From: Bacilli bacterium
Lineage (GTDB): Bacteria; Bacillota_I; Bacilli_A; RFN20; CAG-826
DNA: 64,000 bases
Assembly (NCBI GenBank): GCA_017442875.1
Contig: JAFSPN010000046.1
Location: 723 to 64,722, forward strand
Direction: 5' to 3'
In this document: positions 29,021 to 39,700 of the stretch, piece by piece
How positions within the stretch are numbered: the first letter of the stretch is position 1
How the letters are laid out: every line of letters starts with the position of its first letter
The notes under the pieces: model-generated
The model's input: only the letters and a program-made list of their open reading frames with translations
Told to the model about the DNA's origin: nothing
The model's database searches: none
Position numbers and translations under genes: made by a program

Positions 29021-29545
29021 TTAAGACAAACATTTTTCAATTTGATAGTAGAAACAGCGACGCTCTTTGTTTCTGTAAAGCACTGTTTCTTCTTTTTTTA
29101 TTTTTGCCATACCACATTTTTGCATCACTCTTTCGCTAGCATAGTTCCCTTCAAAAAAGCCAGCGATAATACGATTAAAACCGATTCTAAAAAGTTCTTC
29201 AATTGCCGCTTTAAAAGCTTCAGTAGCGTATCCTTTATTCCACTCTTTTTCGTCGATAAAATACCCTATTTCAATCGCATCGTCTTCTTTGGAAACTTCA
29301 TTTATAAAACCGATAATATTATTCTTTGAATAAATTCCATAAACAAATCGCTTTTGATTGAGTGATAAAAGACGTAATTTTTCATAGAATTCTGATTCCT
29401 CTTTTTCACTGGCGAAATCAGGTAACATATACGTCTTTTTTACTTGTGGATTATTCACAATTTTCATGAAATCTTTTTGATCTTTTTCTTCAAAATTTTT
29501 CAAGATCAATCTAGTTGTTACAATTTGCTTTTTTCTAGGTTTCAT
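29021..29545 (-). CDS. GNAT family N-acetyltransferase (RimJ/RimL-like)
   Basis: TTRLILKNFEEKD...IEIGYFIDEKEWNKGYATEAFKAAIEELF...NYASERVMQKCGM is the typical Acetyltransf_3 pattern. ATG at 29545; the track uses TTG at 29551. Confidence 0.8.
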   Translation of the reverse strand: MKPRKKQIVTTRLILKNFEEKDQKDFMKIVNNPQVKKTYMLPDFASEKEESEFYEKLRLLSLNQKRFVYGIYSKNNIIGFINEVSKEDDAIEIGYFIDEKEWNKGYATEAFKAAIEELFRIGFNRIIAGFFEGNYASERVMQKCGMAKIKKEETVLYRNKERRCFYYQIEKCLS

Positions 29546-29573
29546 AACCAAATTATATATGCGTTTAAATAAA

Positions 29574-29600
29574 GAAAAAAGCGCCCGTATCTACGGACGC
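29574..29600 (-). terminator. rho-independent terminator of the M13 peptidase gene
   Basis: The minus strand reads GCGTCCG-TAGATA-CGGGCGC followed by TTTTTTC. Confidence 0.8.
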
Positions 29601-29616
29601 CTATTTCTATATATTT

Positions 29617-32445
29617 TTACCAAATTTTGATTCTTTCATCTTCTGGAACATACATCCCATCACCTGGTTTTATGTCATACGTGTCAACGAATTCATCGAA
29701 TTGACTGACCACAACATTGACTCTTAAATAGTTGAATGGATGTGAATCAGAAGCCCTGCTTTGGACATCGTTAATGCTAATTGTGGATGTGAGCCACAAA
29801 TAAGCATACGCTCTAAAGAATTTATCGTAATCAAAGTTGTCAACATTTTTAGCAAGCATCAGCGCCACTTTCATGCCGCCTAAGTCCGCTGTGGCTTCGC
29901 CATCAACTGTATCTCCGTCACAATAATAGTCGCTCTTCAAAGCAATTTGATCGTAAAAATCAATTAGCTTATTAACTTTGTTATTAAACGTGGATTTATC
30001 CGCCATACTCCACCAGTTTGATTGATTGCCGTTTTCATCAAATTGTGAGCCGGATGAGTCGAAGGCGTGAGTAATTTCGTGGCCGATAACCATAGCAAGC
30101 ATGCCGTATCTTTCTTCAATTGATTTGCCTAGTAAACTAGAAACAATGCCATTTAAAATCACAAACGCATTATCTGTTGGAGAATAGAATGCATTAACCG
30201 TCCAACTATGCATAGAATTGAAGAAACCAGAGGTGTCTACATTACCATGCATTGCTTCGTTTACCAGTGAGCTTCTATATAGTTTATACAGTTCATATGG
30301 TGTTTTAGTGGTTCTATCGTCACCACCTATTCTAGCGATGTTCAAGTAAACATCTGAATAGCATGATTCATGCGCCATCTTATTTAGTTTTCTTTTCATT
30401 TTTGTCTTGGTTGTGTTAGTTAGCCAAGATTCATCAGCGAGAGTTTTGTATGCCGCTAAAACGTCATTGATAAGACTATCTACGTCAGCTTTAACTTCTG
30501 TATCACCACATAATTCTAGATAAGTTTGTTCCATTAATTCTGGGAAGATAAGTCTCGCTAAGGTCTTATTGACTTCAGAATCTCTTTGCCACGCCAAATA
30601 TGCTTCATCGCCAAAATAATCGGCTAAATTAGAAATGAATTGATTGACTTGCTTATATGAACTTGTACCGACAAAGAAACGATTATCATATGCTAATCTG
30701 GCGAGAATCATTTTCCTCAACAAAGATGGGTCGTTTACGCTTAAATCGTTGTAAATTGTATTTAAACAATTTTTATACAAATTCTTAACGTAAATTCTTG
30801 TCGTTGATGTTAGACCTAAATCTAATAAAGCTTCTTTCATCGGTGCCCACGGAATAGTATTAACCGAATAACTTGTGGTACCCGTGCCTTGATAATAGTA
30901 ATCATTATATGCTTGGTTGACGAGATCATATTCTTTTGAAGCGGTGTTGTCCAAATCATCAGATGTAAGGTTTAAACCAAACTTATTTGATAAGAAGTTG
31001 ATAATATTTTTAGCCGTAGGAGCGGTATTAGTAAACGTATAAAGTAAACCTAAATAGGTATAATCCCCATAGTTCATTCCAGTAAGATATCCATCCTTAT
31101 ACTCGACCTCATAGCCAGTTCCAGACGCAATTATGTTGAGCAAAGAGTTTTTAGACATAAATGAATCTTTACTGCTTAAGTAAGTATCCAAATCAAGATT
31201 GTTCAAATAGGACGAGATTTGAGAAACACTACCTGATGAAATCTTGTTATATGTTGTTTTAATAATCGCACCATTGGTTGTTGCCGAAGAGGCAGCGCCG
31301 CTATAAATGCTATCAAAGGCTTGATCAACAATAACATCGCTATCACCAAAAGCACCTGTTTTATTGCTTAGGATATCGTCATAATTGACCGCAGCATAGA
31401 AATCTTCTTTTATAGATGGTTGCTTAATCTTATTTAATTCTCCGCGAATGTTTGAATTGATCCATGGTGCACCATTGATGTCGGATATTTTGTATCCTGG
31501 TTGCATTACATAATTAACGGGATCAAACGAGAAAAACGCTTTTTCAGAGAATTGAGCGGTATATTCAGCGTCGCCGGTAACATTAGTAATTTCTGGTGAC
31601 CAACCAGTAAATGTATATTCAATAGCTCTTGCGGTCCTAACTGGTGTAGTTCCTTCATATGAAGGAATAGAGCCATAAGGTACTAAATCAACTTTTAAAA
31701 GGGCACCATCGTAGTTTTTCCACGAGACTTCGTATTTTCTGACATCGCTTCGATAAGTTGCGCGGTATTCCGTGTCTCCTGAAACAGGTAGAACATTTGG
31801 TGACCAACCATTAAATGCGAACGTTTGATCAACTGTGTTTTCTTTAAAAGGAGTCTCATTTCCATATTCAGGAACTTTTCCATATTCTACTTCTTCTGTT
31901 TTTAGGATTGTTCCGTCATCATCTTTCCATGTAATTTGATATTTTCTAAGATTTTCTTCAAAAGTAGCGGTATATGTTTTATCCCCTGTTACTGCTTCCA
32001 CTTCAGGAGACCAACCATCAAAAGAATATGTATGCTCAATTGTTTGCTCTTTTGTTGGCTCTTCACCTTTGTATTCAGGAACAACACCATAGGCAACTTC
32101 TTCTGTTTTTAAAGTTTCGCCATCGTAGTTATTCCATGTAATTTGATATATTCTTGTTTCTTCCTTGAAAGTGGCGACATAAGTTATATCACTTGTCACT
32201 TCAGATACTTCTGAAGTCCAACCATTCCAGACATAATAGAACTCATCGGTTTGGGCTCTCTCTGGATTTGCTCCTTCATAAGAAGGCATTTCGCCTTGTT
32301 TAACTTTTTCGTCCACTTCTAAAATAGAACCGTCATAGTTTTGCCAAGTGACAGTGTAAGTAGGAATCCGAACAAATAGTTGACAACTTGTTAGTAATAA
32401 TGAGGCTGCTCCAACGACTGTTATTAACTTAATAATCTTCTTCAT
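29617..32445 (-). CDS. M13 (neprilysin/PepO-type) zinc metallopeptidase lipoprotein with four N-terminal InlB-B-type repeats
   Basis: Lipobox LLLTSC. Four repeats of ~70 aa (Y.VTW.NYDG...GW.PEV..VTGD..Y.A.F). M13 motifs: NAFYSPTDN, VIGHEITHAFD (HExxH), GEATADLGG. Confidence 0.9.
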   Translation of the reverse strand: MKKIIKLITVVGAASLLLTSCQLFVRIPTYTVTWQNYDGSILEVDEKVKQGEMPSYEGANPERAQTDEFYYVWNGWTSEVSEVTSDITYVATFKEETRIYQITWNNYDGETLKTEEVAYGVVPEYKGEEPTKEQTIEHTYSFDGWSPEVEAVTGDKTYTATFEENLRKYQITWKDDDGTILKTEEVEYGKVPEYGNETPFKENTVDQTFAFNGWSPNVLPVSGDTEYRATYRSDVRKYEVSWKNYDGALLKVDLVPYGSIPSYEGTTPVRTARAIEYTFTGWSPEITNVTGDAEYTAQFSEKAFFSFDPVNYVMQPGYKISDINGAPWINSNIRGELNKIKQPSIKEDFYAAVNYDDILSNKTGAFGDSDVIVDQAFDSIYSGAASSATTNGAIIKTTYNKISSGSVSQISSYLNNLDLDTYLSSKDSFMSKNSLLNIIASGTGYEVEYKDGYLTGMNYGDYTYLGLLYTFTNTAPTAKNIINFLSNKFGLNLTSDDLDNTASKEYDLVNQAYNDYYYQGTGTTSYSVNTIPWAPMKEALLDLGLTSTTRIYVKNLYKNCLNTIYNDLSVNDPSLLRKMILARLAYDNRFFVGTSSYKQVNQFISNLADYFGDEAYLAWQRDSEVNKTLARLIFPELMEQTYLELCGDTEVKADVDSLINDVLAAYKTLADESWLTNTTKTKMKRKLNKMAHESCYSDVYLNIARIGGDDRTTKTPYELYKLYRSSLVNEAMHGNVDTSGFFNSMHSWTVNAFYSPTDNAFVILNGIVSSLLGKSIEERYGMLAMVIGHEITHAFDSSGSQFDENGNQSNWWSMADKSTFNNKVNKLIDFYDQIALKSDYYCDGDTVDGEATADLGGMKVALMLAKNVDNFDYDKFFRAYAYLWLTSTISINDVQSRASDSHPFNYLRVNVVVSQFDEFVDTYDIKPGDGMYVPEDERIKIW

Positions 32446-33144
32446 GGTTTACACCTTGTCTTTAAATAATACACAAAAAAGAAAAATATACAAAGAATAA
32501 GCAATCAAGATGATGTGTTTTACCGCAACAAAGTTTATCTTGCTTTCCAAAACGCGCCAAATTTTTGTGGAAATGTATTTATAACCTATACTCTCCTTTT
32601 TCTTACAAATCATAAGAATGAGAAAAAATGACGTTATCTACAAAAAAGTACGGCCTATTTTCTCTAACATCACCACTTTTTATGGTTACTTTGTTGTTTA
32701 CTGATTCTAATTATCTAATAACCCACATACACCAGTATCAAAACCGCTGAGTTTAATCAAAAAAGATAAATATAAACATCTAATAACCGAAATATCGCGA
32801 CCGCAAAATCGCCTATTTATCATCACACCATTAGCATATTTTTCTCTGTTCGAAAAGGCTGAGACTCGTTTTGCTTTTATCTTACAAATTTTCGAAATCT
32901 GTAACATTTATATTTTTGGCACTTTTTGCCCTTAATTTCTTTGCTATCTTTGGCAATAATTTAACTTTCGCCATTGTATATGGCGAGCGTGCGTATGTTG
33001 AAGGCGCGAAAAGAAAAACCTTTAATGACTCATAATGGGTATGTGTATGCTCGCTAAATATAATTTAATATTGTTTTTTTCGATTTCAGGTAATAACATT
33101 TTAGACAAAATTTAAATCTTTTTTAGAAAAGGAGACGAATAGTT

Positions 33145-36100
33145 ATGAAAAAAGCTAAAAAGCTAATCGCCGGTATTGCCTTATCGGCGATGTTGCTCAC
33201 AGGCTGCAACCTTATCGCTGATAGAAACTATAGCGGTGGCGTTACTCCTGGTGCTGACGGAACTGATCAACAAGACATCTATATGTTGTATAAGGCCGCC
33301 GGCGGTACTCTAACATATGAGCAATGGTTAGAAACTATTAGAGGCCCTCAAGGTATCCAAGGTGAACAAGGCGAAAAGGGCGACCAAGGTGAACAAGGTC
33401 CTCAAGGTCCTCAAGGTGAACAAGGTCCTCAAGGCGAACAAGGTCCTCAAGGCCCACAAGGCGAACAAGGTCCTCAAGGCCCACAAGGCGAACAAGGTCC
33501 TCAAGGCGAAACCGGCAATTCCTTTATTAACGGTTATGGTGCTCCATCCGCTGATTTAGGTAAAGATGGCGATACCTACTTAGACTTTGAAACACTCGAT
33601 CTTTATAGCAAGGTGAGTGGCCGTTGGATCAAACAAACAAATATGTCAGGCGACTGCGATTGGGACGACAAGACAAAAGCCAAGATGAACAAATACTTTG
33701 GCGAACAACTCCCATTTGTCGGCTTAGACGAAGAAACACTCGGTTACGAATACGCTTATGGCACAGAATATTCTGATGATTATGAATATTTCTACCTCTA
33801 TGATGTGGGTGGTATAAATGTGCTTGAAAATTATGGTGCGAAACTTATTAAAAATGGTTTCAAATACAATAAGTACAGCAACACTTATCGTTATGACACC
33901 ACATTAGGTGACAGAATTTGGGTTTCATTTGGCTACGCTCAAGGTATGAACGTTATCCAAGTTGAAATGCCAATTTATGTTGAAATGCCATACTTTGAAG
34001 CTCGCGGTTTTGAAGAACTCGATGCTTTCCCAGCCGAAGATCTTAAAGAAACACTTGGCACTGAAGAATTAGCTAACAATTTCAAAGATCTCTTAAGTGA
34101 TGGTGATTGGTATGGATTCCATGATATGGACACTTATTATGCCGGTCCTGGTGCATACTACAGCTACTATAGAGAATTACTCGCAGTTGAAGGAGACTTC
34201 ACTGTCGAAGCTGATGCTGCTCTCGTTGCTGCTGGTTTCACTAAAGGTAGTTCAAAATATACTTTAAACGGCATGGAAGCCTCCCTTGGAAAACAAGGCG
34301 ATGCAACCTATTTGTACATTCTTGGTGCTGATTTCGATGCTGATTTCGATGATTACTATTTCACACAAGAAGGATTCGAAAAGAACAATTCATGGCCAGC
34401 AGAATTTGTGAACGCTAATGTCCCAGAATCCAATAGATTCACCGTCGATAATGGCGGCGCTGTTTGGTATACAGCTTATACCGAACAAGAAATGTATGGT
34501 TATTTATTCAAGACCGCTACAATTGCTGCAATCGGTGACTTTGAAGAAGCTGCCGGCAAAGCTCTTGTTGCTGCCGGATATGAATACGTCGAGAATTACG
34601 ATGATTATGAAATTGAAGATCCATATCACTATGTCGTAGTTTCATCCACCAATGGTGCGACATTCATTGATATCTATAACGTTTCAGAAATTCAATATGG
34701 TCCAGCAGAAGCCGCTGCAGAAATCGAAGACTTCTACTCTGACACATTTGACATTGATGTCAACATTCCATTTGAAGAAGTATTTGATGACGAGGTTTAC
34801 TTTGAGGCGGATGATTCATACGTTAGCTACGGCGAACTAGATATGTACCTCGTTGGTATTACCGCAGACGATTTAGATGCTTTCATCGCTGTCTTAGAAG
34901 CTGCTGGCTGGGCAATTGAAGAAGATGTTGTTGGCTCATGGGCTGATTATGCTTATGTTGCATCTCATCCAGCTGGTGCAAAACTCAGTTTTGATGCTTC
35001 TAATTTAGACTCTAATGAACAACTCCTCATCGAATGTACATACGCTAGTGGTAGTCAAGAAGAAATTACAATTGAAAGCGCTATTGCTCTTGCCGTTAGC
35101 TATCTTGCTGAAGGCTATGGTTTAAGCGCTGATGTTCCATTATACGTTGCTGCAGACGAAAACGTTGAAGTTGATGCTTATTCAAGCTTCTTTGGTGGAT
35201 TCTATGTTGAAATTTACAATACAACTCTTGAAGAAGCCGAAACATACGCTAACACATTAAAAGAAGCTGGTTGGGATGTTGAAGAAACTGAAGATGGCTG
35301 GTATGCCACATTCGGTGACTTTGGTGTCGTTCCATCAATCACCATCGACAAACATTATTTTGAAAGATACAACGAAATCGATTTAGTCTTTGATGCTGGT
35401 TTAGCCCGCATTAAATCATTCGAAGCGGTTTCCGAAGCAGTTGATGAATACTTCTATCAACCTCCATTTGGACGTCTTGCTGAATTACCAAATTACGATG
35501 GTAATAAGAATGTCTACTATGAATTCATTCCAGAAGAATACTCCAGTAGTGGAAAACCAGTTGCTTACGTCAATAACACAACCGAAGCAGAATTAGATAA
35601 CTACATCGACAAATTATTTGCCGAAGGTTGGACAATCGAAGAAGACCATGGTACATATTATGCTAGCAAGGGTACATTCGGTGTTGTTCCATACGTTGTC
35701 TTTGATACAAGCAAATTAGAATCAGCTGGTTACTTCTCAATGCAATTCTTCCCAGGCTATGCCACTATCGAAGATCCTGCAACTGTGTCTTATGCCGCTA
35801 GCTTGTTATTCAGTTTAGATGGCATTGATGCTGATGTGCCAATGTATGAATTATCAAACCCAGATTCCTATTTCTTTGTTAATGACTTATATTGGGATCG
35901 TGGATACTTATTCGTCGATGTCCAAGAAGCTGATTCAATCGACGCGGTTAACTTCTTATTGGCGTTAAATGCCGCTGGTTGGACACTTGGCCAAACAAAC
36001 GAAGGTTTCATCGCTTATTCACAATATGAAGAAAACGGATTAACAGCTGTCATCGAACTCAGTTATGATGAGGAAGAAGAAGTTGTTGAACTTGCATTCT

Positions 36101-36465
36101 ATGTGGACTATATCTTGGTTGAAGTCACCGATGAATCAGTTGCAGGACTTATTGGTTTCGTTTTCGGTCTTGATTTTGAACCAGATGATTCAACAGGCGG
36201 TTATGCCTCTCCATTTGGATACGGCGTCCCAGAAAGCGTGGCATCAGTTGAAGAGCTCAAACCAGAATTTGACGAGATTGGTGAAAAGGTCTTAGCAAAC
36301 TATGGATTCACTTTAAACAAAGATTGGACAAACGCCGAAATTTATCAAGGAATCTATGGCGCTTATTGTTTGTACTATAACGCTGATGCTGGTGTCGTTG
36401 TTCAAATGATGATTTATAGCCATAACGGATACACTCTCTTTGAAATCATGGTGTATTACGCATAA
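33145..36465 (+). CDS. collagen-triple-helix-repeat lipoprotein, highly acidic, with ~8 repeats of an uncharacterised AG[WFY] module
   Basis: Lipobox MLLTGC, with AAAGGAG before the ATG. There are 19 uninterrupted G-X-Y triplets (aa 67-123), preceded by [11 protein letters not shown]. The remaining ~980 aa is rich in D/E/Y with a recurring L..AG[WFY] motif. Confidence 0.85.
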   Translation: MKKAKKLIAGIALSAMLLTGCNLIADRNYSGGVTPGADGTDQQDIYMLYKAAGGTLTYEQWLETIRGPQGIQGEQGEKGDQGEQGPQGPQGEQGPQGEQGPQGPQGEQGPQGPQGEQGPQGETGNSFINGYGAPSADLGKDGDTYLDFETLDLYSKVSGRWIKQTNMSGDCDWDDKTKAKMNKYFGEQLPFVGLDEETLGYEYAYGTEYSDDYEYFYLYDVGGINVLENYGAKLIKNGFKYNKYSNTYRYDTTLGDRIWVSFGYAQGMNVIQVEMPIYVEMPYFEARGFEELDAFPAEDLKETLGTEELANNFKDLLSDGDWYGFHDMDTYYAGPGAYYSYYRELLAVEGDFTVEADAALVAAGFTKGSSKYTLNGMEASLGKQGDATYLYILGADFDADFDDYYFTQEGFEKNNSWPAEFVNANVPESNRFTVDNGGAVWYTAYTEQEMYGYLFKTATIAAIGDFEEAAGKALVAAGYEYVENYDDYEIEDPYHYVVVSSTNGATFIDIYNVSEIQYGPAEAAAEIEDFYSDTFDIDVNIPFEEVFDDEVYFEADDSYVSYGELDMYLVGITADDLDAFIAVLEAAGWAIEEDVVGSWADYAYVASHPAGAKLSFDASNLDSNEQLLIECTYASGSQEEITIESAIALAVSYLAEGYGLSADVPLYVAADENVEVDAYSSFFGGFYVEIYNTTLEEAETYANTLKEAGWDVEETEDGWYATFGDFGVVPSITIDKHYFERYNEIDLVFDAGLARIKSFEAVSEAVDEYFYQPPFGRLAELPNYDGNKNVYYEFIPEEYSSSGKPVAYVNNTTEAELDNYIDKLFAEGWTIEEDHGTYYASKGTFGVVPYVVFDTSKLESAGYFSMQFFPGYATIEDPATVSYAASLLFSLDGIDADVPMYELSNPDSYFFVNDLYWDRGYLFVDVQEADSIDAVNFLLALNAAGWTLGQTNEGFIAYSQYEENGLTAVIELSYDEEEEVVELAFYVDYILVEVTDESVAGLIGFVFGLDFEPDDSTGGYASPFGYGVPESVASVEELKPEFDEIGEKVLANYGFTLNKDWTNAEIYQGIYGAYCLYYNADAGVVVQMMIYSHNGYTLFEIMVYYA
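33343..33513 (+). repeat. in-frame tandem repeat encoding (G-X-Y)x19, mostly GEQ/GPQ
   Basis: Units such as GGTGAACAAGGTCCTCAAGGTCCTCAA and GGCGAACAAGGTCCTCAAGGCCCACAA are reiterated. The repeat is entirely inside the CDS. Confidence 0.9.
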
Positions 36466-36498
36466 AAGCAAACAATTAAACTAGACGTTTAAATATTA

Positions 36499-36531
36499 GG
36501 ATCGGACAATCAAAATCCGATCCTTTTATTA
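36499..36531 (+). terminator. rho-independent terminator of collagen-like gene
   Basis: GGATCGG-loop-CCGATCC followed by TTTTATTAT. Confidence 0.75.
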
Positions 36532-36555
36532 TGCGTGTTTAGCAAATATTGATTT

Positions 36556-36585
36556 TTGCTAAAACAAACTTTTTTGCGGTATAAT
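36556..36585 (+). promoter_or_regulatory. candidate promoter of the C11 protease lipoprotein gene
   Basis: TTGCTA, an 18-nt spacer, then TATAAT, about 135 nt upstream of the ATG at 36720. The -35 overlaps the inverted repeat TAGCAAA/TTTGCTA. Confidence 0.4.
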
Positions 36586-36719
36586 TAAGATAGATGTGCT
36601 CTTTTGATAAAAATGAGTAGCATTTTTCTTGCCAAATCAAACAATAAGAATAAAATATAATAAATTATTATTTTACCCAGCGTTATTTAGAAAAATTCGT
36701 AAAAAGGAAGGAGAATAAT

Positions 36720-39700
36720 ATGGCAAATAAAACTAAAAAAATATTCATCTTTGGTTCATTGCTCGCCGCGATGTTTATGTCTATCACCGCTTGCGATATT
36801 AGCCGTTTTATTAATCCTGACAACTCTACTAATCAAGGTTCTAACGATTCAAATTCAATCAAGATCCCTGATGGTGCGGTTTTAAATAGTATTTTAGTTA
36901 TCAACAATAAAAGTGGTTATGAACGCGGCGAAGAGTTAGATCTCACTGTTACCGCGAATTATTCTGGCGATTTTTCCATCCAAATTAATGATTATCAAGT
37001 TGAAGGTTTTGATAAGAGCCAAACCGGCAATCAAACAATCACTATTAAATATGAAGACAAGTCTTTCTCGTTAGATGTTTTTGTTAGAGAACCAGTCTTA
37101 ACGAAGATTACCGTCATCAATAACAAACAAAGTTATGAATACGGGGAAGAGTTAGATATAAATGTTTACGCTAATTACTCTGATGGTTCATCAATTCAAG
37201 TTGAAAACTATCAAGTCAGTGGTTACAACGCTCAAAACCCTGGCGAACAAGACATCCTTGTTTCCTATGAAGGTTTGAACCATTCATTAAAAGTTAAAGT
37301 CAATGATCCAATTTTGGTCAATCTTTCTCTTGAAGGTAACAAACAAAGCTATGAGTATGGGGAAGAGTTAGATATTGTTGTTACTGCTAGTTATTCTGAT
37401 GGTTCTACTTCCGTAATCACCAATTACGAAGTTGAAGGCTTCAATAATAAAGAACCAGGAAATCAATCCGTCGTCATCAAATATAATGGTAAATCCATTT
37501 CTTTCAACACCACGATTAATAATCCTGTTTTGACTGGTATTACCGCCACTTCAAATAAAAATATGTATGAGTATGGTGAGGAATTAGATATTGTTGTTAC
37601 TGCTAGTTATTCTGATAACTCCACCACCAACGTTACCAATTACAAAGTTGAAGGTTTTGATAGCAAAAAACCAGGTCAACAAACAGTGACTATCACATAT
37701 GAAAATAAAACCTATACATTAAAAGTCACAGTTAATAATCCTGTTTTGACTGGTATTACCGCTGTTAGCAATAAAGAAACATATGAATATGGCGATGATT
37801 TAGACGTTATCGTTGAAGCATCATATTCTGATGGCTCCAAAGTCGCTATTACTAATTACAAAGTTGAAGGTTTTGATAGCAAAGTTGCAGGAGAACAAAC
37901 CATTACCATTTCTTTTGAAGGCAAAACATGCACTTTGAAAGTTAGTGTTAATAACAAGTCAAACCGTTTCCCTGCTAGTGCGTTTACTTCATTTTTAAAC
38001 ATGCAAGGCATTAAACCTGATGTTCCAACTCCAATTGGCTATTTTGCTTGGTCAGATAAAGTAGATATGGAACAAGATGGCACAAATTATTTCTCCACCA
38101 CCACCAAAGACGAAGGCAAAGTCGGTGTTGATTCTTTAGCCGATCAATATGCTGTCTTATTAAATAACAACGGATGGACAGTTAATAATAAAAACGGAGA
38201 ATTTACTGCTTATAAAGAAGAAGGCGGTGCTTTATTGACGTTCTCTTCAAAGCAAAACATCTTCTCTTTACGCGCTGAAATGTATTCCGAATTCCCAATC
38301 AAAAAATGCGTTTCTTCCTTAGTCAAGACAAGATCCAGCATTAGCGACGGAGACAAAGTCGTATTAGCTAGCATCTCAGAAGAATTTATCGTTACTGGCT
38401 ATGAAAATGGATTATTTAAGACATCTGATTGTCCATGTTCCGAAAACGGACCAGATGAAATCGCTAGAAACGCTTGGAGATTCACTGTTAAAAAGGTTGG
38501 TAACAATTTTACGCTTACCGATATCTATGGTAGAAGATTAGGCGCAACTGGTCTTGGTCAATTGGCATGGAACCAAGGAACTACCGAATGGTCAATACTC
38601 ATTACCACCAATTCTGCCTTGATTATTAACACCAATACCAATTATGGTCGCTTGTGCTTTAACAAATATGACGATAAGGTTACCACATACGCCAAAACCA
38701 CAGCCGATACTCACCTTGTTTATCCACAACTTTTCAAGGTGACAGAGACAGATATTGTTTATCCAACAAGTTTCAGCCTTAACGGAAAAAGCGAGATAAA
38801 CATCGGCAAACAAGCACAATTAAACGTCGCTTATTATCCTGAAAACACTAATGTTACCGCTCCAATTACTTGGTCTTCATCCAACGAAGAAGTGGCAACC
38901 GTCGATAATGGTATTGTAAAAGGCATATCGTTAGGTACCGCTACCATTACTGCTAGTTTCAAATCTAAAAACACTACTTTGCAAAGCACATTCAAAGTAA
39001 CAGTTAATGAAAACGCAAAAGCCGCTTGGACAGTCATGATGTATGTCTGTGGCTCTGATTTGGAAAGCGATTATGGGGCTGCCACAAGCGATATTTCTGA
39101 GATTTTAAGGGTGAGCAATCAACCTGATGACGTTAATGTCATTATCGAAACTGGTGGCACAACCAAATGGAAAAAATATAATATTAGCGCTAATGTTTTA
39201 TCCCGTTATCACGTTGAAAACAAGCAGCTTGTTTTAGATGAAACATTGGCAAAAGCTAATATGGGCAAACGCTCGACATTTGAATCGTTCTTAAGTTGGG
39301 GATTAGAAGAATATCCAGCTGACAAAGTTGGTGTCATTCTTTGGAACCATGGTGGCGCTCTTAGTGGTGTTTGCTTTGATGATTCAATTGGCAGCGATTC
39401 CCTTACCAATTCAGAAACAAAACAAGCATTTGCTAATGTATTCCCAAATTACGGTATCGATAAGCTTGAATTCATTGGTTATGATGCTTGCTTGATGCAA
39501 GTACAAGATATTGCCGAATTCAATTCCCACTACTTCAACTATATGGTTACTTCCCAAGAAGCTGAAGTTGGTACTGGCTGGGTTTATAACCAATGGATCG
39601 ATGATTTATATGCCGGAAAAGATACAAAAACCATTTTAAAAGCTAATGTTGATAGCTTTGTTAATACGAATGGTAGCGATCAAACTCTCTCATACTTAGA

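Noticed and set aside
28895-29329. 144-aa plus-strand ORF
   Set aside because: It overlaps two convergently supported minus-strand genes (the membrane protein and the GNAT). It has an F/I/K-rich antisense-type composition.
32707-32907. 66-aa minus-strand ORF in the long intergenic region
   Set aside because: It has no SD and an odd composition (Cys/Arg/Ile-rich). It is isolated between divergent promoters and is possibly a remnant, but it is not supportable as a gene.
33343-33513. Regular short repeats that could superficially resemble a CRISPR array
   Set aside because: The repeats are contiguous 9/27-bp coding units with no unique spacers. They are in frame within a lipoprotein gene, and there are no cas genes in the window.
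33362-33559. 65-aa ORF ([11 protein letters not shown]...) inside the collagen repeat
   Set aside because: It is an alternative reading frame of the G-X-Y tandem repeat. The periodic sequence keeps every frame open. It has no SD and lies fully inside a well-supported CDS.
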